The notes under the pieces are model-generated. The model was given only the letters and a program-made list of their open reading frames with translations. It was not told the origin of the DNA and did no database searches. Positions 58,785 to 64,000 of a stretch of 64,000 bases of DNA are shown piece after piece; position 1 is the first letter of the stretch, and the number at the start of each line of letters is the position of its first letter. The DNA lies in sequence record MN453779.2. One strand, 5' to 3'. The translations under genes and the position numbers were made by a program.

Positions 58785-60323
58785 ATGCAACTAGTTAACG
58801 CTCAAGTCGGTCTGACCAACCTGTACCCTGATCAAGTAATCCGTAATCCAGCAGTGAACATGGATAACCAGGTCATCGATACCTTGGTTTCTGAGAATCT
58901 GCAAGGTGGTGTAAATGAACGTTCCCTGTTAACGGCTGCTGCTCTTTCAGGTGGACTTAATGCTCAAGCTACTGGATTTGCTACTATCCAGAATGGTTGG
59001 AATGATAGCAAGGGTCTGATGAAACTGGATTTTATTGTTCAAGAATCTCCAGTGGCTGTTCAGTACATGCATGTGATTGGTTATATTCATAATAACAACT
59101 CACAAGGTCTTGACCTGAATGCTATATTTGTTCCGCAGTTCAGTTGGAAAAGTGAAGAAAGGATGGTGGGCTCTGGTTTGTTAGACACCCCAACAACCAT
59201 TAAGCGCACCATCGGTCAACGCACCGATTACCTGATGAATGATGGTTCGGCTTCTGATCAAATGGTCACCATGCGTCCTGGTGACGTAGTGGAGTATGCG
59301 CTTAACAATGCAACTCAGCAATCCATTATCGATCAGATGGAAGCAGAAGGTCTGGAAGGAATGACACCTGTTGGTACAGTAGCTGGTTCTAATATCTCAC
59401 GTGTGGGTGCAATTGCATCCAAACGGGGCAACCTGAACCCAGCTGGTTATGCCGCAGACATCCTGGGTGCCGGTCTATCTGTTCAGCGTGGGCAGAGAGT
59501 ATACCAGGGCGGTACCGAAATGGATGGTGTTATCCAAGGTCATGGGGAAGGTTTGTTCGGAGAACTAGCGAACTCAGCTCACCAAGTAGGTGGTACTGAA
59601 CCGGCTATCATGCGTGACAACTTCTTTGCTGAAATGTCATCAATGCTTGGTAATGTTCGGATGGCTGGTTTTACCGGGTATACCATTAATGATCTACTGA
59701 TGGTATTCGATAACCTGAACGAAGTACTTGACCTTACCTTGTTCGATGCCGAACAATACCGTGTGGATGATCTTTCTCTGAGTTGTGAAAGTATGGGTAC
59801 TTCCCAGCTCGCCGAATTTGTTAGTCATGAAATCATGATGAACGTTATGGATCTGCTGATCAAGTACGGTCTGACCACAATCTCTTTCCGTGGATCTAAC
59901 TGTGATAACTTTGGCGGCGATGGTGGATTGAGTAACATTGTTATTCTTCCGTATAACGTAACATCATTGACTGATAATGATTTTGACATGGGGTCTAAAG
60001 CAGAAGCTTTTGTAACCGCACTGACTAATCAGATCTTCACCAAACTCAATGGCATCAGTATTAACCAACTCACCCCGATCCGTTTTGATGTCCACGCAGA
60101 GCTCTTTGGTACCACTACCATTAATATGTGTGTAGTGACCGAAGATAACATCTCAACCGGATTCTCCATGAATGACGCTGGATCAGTCTCTGGGATGCAA
60201 TCTCGCACCTTCCCGACCTTTGCTATTAACAACGCTTCCTCTATTCTGGGTAATGATTCTACCGCTATCCAGATGGGTGCTAACTTCTATAGTAACATTA
60301 ACGAATACTTCACCGGCTACTAA
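58785..60323 (+). CDS. picA: PicA/Imp1-like nuclear import factor (phiKZ gp69 position)
   Basis: 512 aa immediately after the gp68-like gene. Assigned by size and synteny. Confidence 0.6.
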   Translation: MQLVNAQVGLTNLYPDQVIRNPAVNMDNQVIDTLVSENLQGGVNERSLLTAAALSGGLNAQATGFATIQNGWNDSKGLMKLDFIVQESPVAVQYMHVIGYIHNNNSQGLDLNAIFVPQFSWKSEERMVGSGLLDTPTTIKRTIGQRTDYLMNDGSASDQMVTMRPGDVVEYALNNATQQSIIDQMEAEGLEGMTPVGTVAGSNISRVGAIASKRGNLNPAGYAADILGAGLSVQRGQRVYQGGTEMDGVIQGHGEGLFGELANSAHQVGGTEPAIMRDNFFAEMSSMLGNVRMAGFTGYTINDLLMVFDNLNEVLDLTLFDAEQYRVDDLSLSCESMGTSQLAEFVSHEIMMNVMDLLIKYGLTTISFRGSNCDNFGGDGGLSNIVILPYNVTSLTDNDFDMGSKAEAFVTALTNQIFTKLNGISINQLTPIRFDVHAELFGTTTINMCVVTEDNISTGFSMNDAGSVSGMQSRTFPTFAINNASSILGNDSTAIQMGANFYSNINEYFTGY

Positions 60324-60344
60324 TTTTAGATGTAAGGATTTACA

Positions 60345-61868
60345 ATGAACCAACTTAACAGTATTTACCAATCCATGCTCAAATCCTGGGGTGTAAGTTT
60401 CACTCCCGATCACGAACTGATCCTGAATATGGCTGGTCAAGAAGTTCCAGTTAAAGTAGAAGATAAGCAAGTCTATCTTCCCACTAACGATAACCTTAAT
60501 GGTGTTACCATTGGTAAGGTATTCTTCCACCCTGCTTGTGAATCGGTAATGTCTAAGGAGACTGAGATCTTCAAAGTTATCCGTAAACTTACCTGCGCTC
60601 GCATCTATCAAGTGTTCCAACCTATTGCACAAGTGTTGTTTGCTGTGGCTGGTAAGAAGACTGGTAAAACTACTTCTGGTAAGATGCTGGAGAAACTGGA
60701 ACCTTTTAAGAACGCTTCTAAAGAAGTTAAAGAAGACGTTCTTACTCTGATCAAAGGAATTGGAATCACTCTGGAAGGCACAGGTATTGATAATCGTCTT
60801 ATCAACTGGAATCTGATCAAAGGTGGTAAAGATGATCAAGATCGTCACGTTTACTATACTGCCATCCCAGATTACCCGTATTACCTGGAACTGTGCCGCA
60901 TAGTAGCTCAAAACGATCATGTCAAACAAACAGGTCGTTTGAACTTCAACAACAACAACGTAAGTAAAGCTGCTATGGAGTTGGTGATTTATCTATTCGA
61001 GATGGTTTTCCCATCATGCCTGGATAACACTATAGCGAGTTACTCCGTGGTATCTCCTGACGCCGCACGTTTAACTGCTTACCTGCACTCTTACGGCTTG
61101 GTAGTAAGTGAGCTCAATTCCCTGATCAGCAAGTTCCGTAAGGATTTCGATACCATTGGTATTTATGGCATTGAACTAGACTGGCTGACTGAACTGGATT
61201 CATTGGGTGAATACAAAGGTCTTATTCCTCCCCTGGATTACAACAACTACAACGTAACCACTTCTGGTGACAATGTAGGAAGTCGTGCTCCTAGTAAAGC
61301 TGTCACTACCTTTAACCTATTTGGTAATAACGCGACCCAACAAAACCAGCAACAACAAACCAATACAGCTGTAAAGCAACCTAATGCTCCAGCGGCTCGT
61401 CCTGGTGAGCATTACATGGGATGTGACTACACCGAGTCCAATGGTGTATTTGAGTTTAAGTTCCAAATGCCTGGTGGTTTGATTCGTTCTGTATCAGTAA
61501 CCGAAGATAACCGCATTATCAATGAGATTGTAATTAATCCTGCGATGAGTGCGATGAACGGTCTGGGGAATACTCCTCTCGGAGGTATGAATGATCCACG
61601 TTTGCTTATGGCTCTTGCTCAAATGCAAAACAATGGTATTCCTCCCCTGATGGGTATGGGGATGAATAATGGTGGTGGGTTTGTTCGTGACCCATATACT
61701 GGTCAAATGGTTCCTACCGGTGGTAATAACGGCTATAACAACAATGGTTATAACTCAGCACCACTTGGTACCAATGACGCGTGGGGGAATAACAGCAATC
61801 AATATCAACCTATGGACGCTTATACAGCCACTGGCGCAGGTGGTACTGTAGGTGTAAATAACTTCTAA
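60345..61868 (+). CDS. Conserved core protein (phiKZ gp70 position)
   Basis: 507 aa, FHPACES motif, G/N/M-rich low-complexity tail. Confidence 0.65.
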   Translation: MNQLNSIYQSMLKSWGVSFTPDHELILNMAGQEVPVKVEDKQVYLPTNDNLNGVTIGKVFFHPACESVMSKETEIFKVIRKLTCARIYQVFQPIAQVLFAVAGKKTGKTTSGKMLEKLEPFKNASKEVKEDVLTLIKGIGITLEGTGIDNRLINWNLIKGGKDDQDRHVYYTAIPDYPYYLELCRIVAQNDHVKQTGRLNFNNNNVSKAAMELVIYLFEMVFPSCLDNTIASYSVVSPDAARLTAYLHSYGLVVSELNSLISKFRKDFDTIGIYGIELDWLTELDSLGEYKGLIPPLDYNNYNVTTSGDNVGSRAPSKAVTTFNLFGNNATQQNQQQQTNTAVKQPNAPAARPGEHYMGCDYTESNGVFEFKFQMPGGLIRSVSVTEDNRIINEIVINPAMSAMNGLGNTPLGGMNDPRLLMALAQMQNNGIPPLMGMGMNNGGGFVRDPYTGQMVPTGGNNGYNNNGYNSAPLGTNDAWGNNSNQYQPMDAYTATGAGGTVGVNNF

Positions 61869-61929
61869 ACAACAATAAGGTAGACCTGTAAGTCAGCTAA
61901 TGCTGACTTACAGGCTATTTTACCAATAT

Positions 61930-62268
61930 TTAATTTTCTCTTCTCACTCTAGTTACTTGGATAACAGAGTTAATGTTTTCTCTAGTAACAGTCCAAAACC
62001 CTTTTAAGTGGGAGAAATCTTGATTAGGATTCTCTATTCCATTTAAATAAGAAATAGTCCAGATCATATCTTCAGGAATAAGACTATTCATTCCCCCCAT
62101 ACTCCTAAGTAGTTTATGAAAATTGTTGCGATAAGCGAACCGTAAACTATCATCTACAAAAGGAGAGAATGAAGCTCTAGCTAAAAGGATTTCTTTACAA
62201 CTTCGAATAATAGTTTTGTATTCTTCAGTGTAGAAAAAAGAATTACCAGAGTTCATAGAAATTGGCAT
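61930..62268 (-). CDS. Conserved small hypothetical protein
   Basis: 112 aa, AAGGA RBS, lies antisense between core genes. Confidence 0.65.
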   Translation of the reverse strand: MPISMNSGNSFFYTEEYKTIIRSCKEILLARASFSPFVDDSLRFAYRNNFHKLLRSMGGMNSLIPEDMIWTISYLNGIENPNQDFSHLKGFWTVTRENINSVIQVTRVRREN

Positions 62269-62358
62269 GACAAAAGTTTCCTTTTATTAATTTTTTACAA
62301 GCCCTATAATATTTCAGACCGATATTATTAGAATGTAATTCTAGGGAGATATTTAAAA

Positions 62359-64000
62359 ATGAAAGACAAGAAACCTAAAAACCAACTTACCCATAGAACA
62401 AATGGTCTAGCGGTCGGGCTGAACGCATGTAAAGTCTCTTCATCACCTGCTAGATTATACATGCTTTCGAAAAATCTCGGCAAAGCGGCGGTAGTCTGGC
62501 ATCCGACAAATAGGAAGTTTAGCGCTGGCGATGAAGTCGAGTATGGGAAGACTGCTCGAAAAGTAGAAGCAGAGTCTGATGTGGAAGTTGAGGCTATTTT
62601 CTTTCCACGTAATATCCTTAACACCACCGAGCCTAATCTTTGGGGTAAAGTAAACGTTATAGTTCGTAATCTAGAAACAGGAATCTATGACGTGATTGAA
62701 CTGGAAAAGTTCAATACTCAAAACATGGATTTGGGATTCGAGTACAAATACGATGATGATCTACTTCGTAGTATCAAACCTGGTAGTCAATATCGTAAAG
62801 GGACTGTGTTTGGACAATCAGCTCGTATTTCTGAGAGTAATGAATGGTGTCCAGGTATTGAAACTAAAGTAGCTGCTATGAGCCACGTCTATACAGAAGA
62901 AGATGCTGTTCTGATCTTTGAAAGTTATGCACGTAAGGTTGGTGTTACTTTTAGTCGTAAACATGATTACCAGTGGAACGAAGAAGAGTTTATTCCGCTT
63001 AACTTGTACGGTAGCGCTGATAAACCACAACTCTGTCCACTGTCTGGCGAGCGCGTTCGGGAAGACGGTATTGTAATGGGGTTTCGTCGTAAGGATCCTA
63101 ATGCAGGTATCTCAGGGATGACTAAACGCTCCCTGATGATTCCAGATCCTATTTACGATGTATTGTTCTACTCCAGCCCAAACTGTATTGTAGCTGACAT
63201 CGAAGTTCAAACAGAACGTTACAAGAACCAATCTAATAATCGTAAAGCTGAGAAGCTCACTCAACCTCACACTTTGATCTTGGAAAAGATCGAAGAAGAA
63301 TATAACAACTATTATAACGATATTGTTAAATGGTTCGTTAATAAAGAACGTCAATATGCTGACAATGTTCCTTTGTCAGGGAAACTCTGGAATCTGATCT
63401 TTATGGCACGCGGTGCTATTACAAGGGATTTCAGCACTCCTCACTCTAATGGTAAATTCCATAAGGTAAAACGTAAAATCCACAACATCAATCTAAAGGA
63501 CTGGCGTATTATCGTTACTCTTAAGGAAGATGTAGAAGGTAAGGTACGTTTCAAGAATACTGGTATGGATGGTAACAAATCCGTTATCATGAAAATCTTA
63601 CCTGACTCTATGGCGCCTGTAGATGAGTATGGTAACAAAGCTGATATGATTGTGGGTAATACACCTGCATTTCGTCGTCAAACTTTGGGGTCGTTGATCG
63701 AGCTTGACGTGAACTTTGTTAACCAATATGTTTACAGAGAGATTAAACAAGCTTTTGAAAGTAAGGATTACGTGACAGCTTGGGATAAAGCACATCTGTT
63801 CTACAAAACAGTTAATCCCTCATTTGGGGAACTGGTAGAACAACTGAACGCTGAAGAACGAATGGCTCACCTAAGATGGATTATGAAAGATGAGAATGAA
63901 TTCGGTATTCTAGCACCTTCCGGTACTGATGACATAGGGATTAAGATCACTGAACGTTTGGCTGATACTTATGCTCATATCAAACCAACCCCTGTTACTT
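62359..64000 (+). CDS. nvRNAP beta subunit C-terminal part (partial, runs off the window; not in the ORF track)
   Basis: Frame from ATG 62359 reads SSPARLYM near its start and is in frame with KNTGMDGNKSVIMKILP (63541 onward), the RpoB G.K...HGNKGVI equivalent. Early promoter at 62321. Confidence 0.88.
   Translation, partial: MKDKKPKNQLTHRTNGLAVGLNACKVSSSPARLYMLSKNLGKAAVVWHPTNRKFSAGDEVEYGKTARKVEAESDVEVEAIFFPRNILNTTEPNLWGKVNVIVRNLETGIYDVIELEKFNTQNMDLGFEYKYDDDLLRSIKPGSQYRKGTVFGQSARISESNEWCPGIETKVAAMSHVYTEEDAVLIFESYARKVGVTFSRKHDYQWNEEEFIPLNLYGSADKPQLCPLSGERVREDGIVMGFRRKDPNAGISGMTKRSLMIPDPIYDVLFYSSPNCIVADIEVQTERYKNQSNNRKAEKLTQPHTLILEKIEEEYNNYYNDIVKWFVNKERQYADNVPLSGKLWNLIFMARGAITRDFSTPHSNGKFHKVKRKIHNINLKDWRIIVTLKEDVEGKVRFKNTGMDGNKSVIMKILPDSMAPVDEYGNKADMIVGNTPAFRRQTLGSLIELDVNFVNQYVYREIKQAFESKDYVTAWDKAHLFYKTVNPSFGELVEQLNAEERMAHLRWIMKDENEFGILAPSGTDDIGIKITERLADTYAHIKPTPVT

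Overview
The window is 64 kb of an AT-rich, nucleus-forming jumbo phage (phiKZ-like, Chimalliviridae). In order it carries: tail tube and sheath, three virion genes, an intein-containing terminase, a tailspike-like gene and thymidylate kinase. A non-coding tRNA region follows, then about 12 kb of early accessory genes, PhuZ tubulin, a family B DNA polymerase and chimallin. The right end holds the non-virion RNA polymerase (nvRNAP) / SbcD / ChmC / PicA core block, which runs off the edge of the window. Family names come from motifs and synteny recalled from phiKZ-like phages; no database search was run. The most notable signals are: (1) two tandem group I introns splitting the nvRNAP catalytic NADFDGD motif around a 9-nt micro-exon; (2) an ORF-less, densely paired ~630-nt RNA with a 5' pseudoknot next to the tRNAs; (3) four ~120-137 aa minimal kinase-like proteins ending at the DFG-equivalent motif; (4) an adjacent Tad1-like plus Acb1-like anti-defence pair; (5) two HNH endonuclease insertions that leave a truncated 5' stub of a gene upstream and an intact, recoded copy downstream (a tRNA and a ChmC-like gene).
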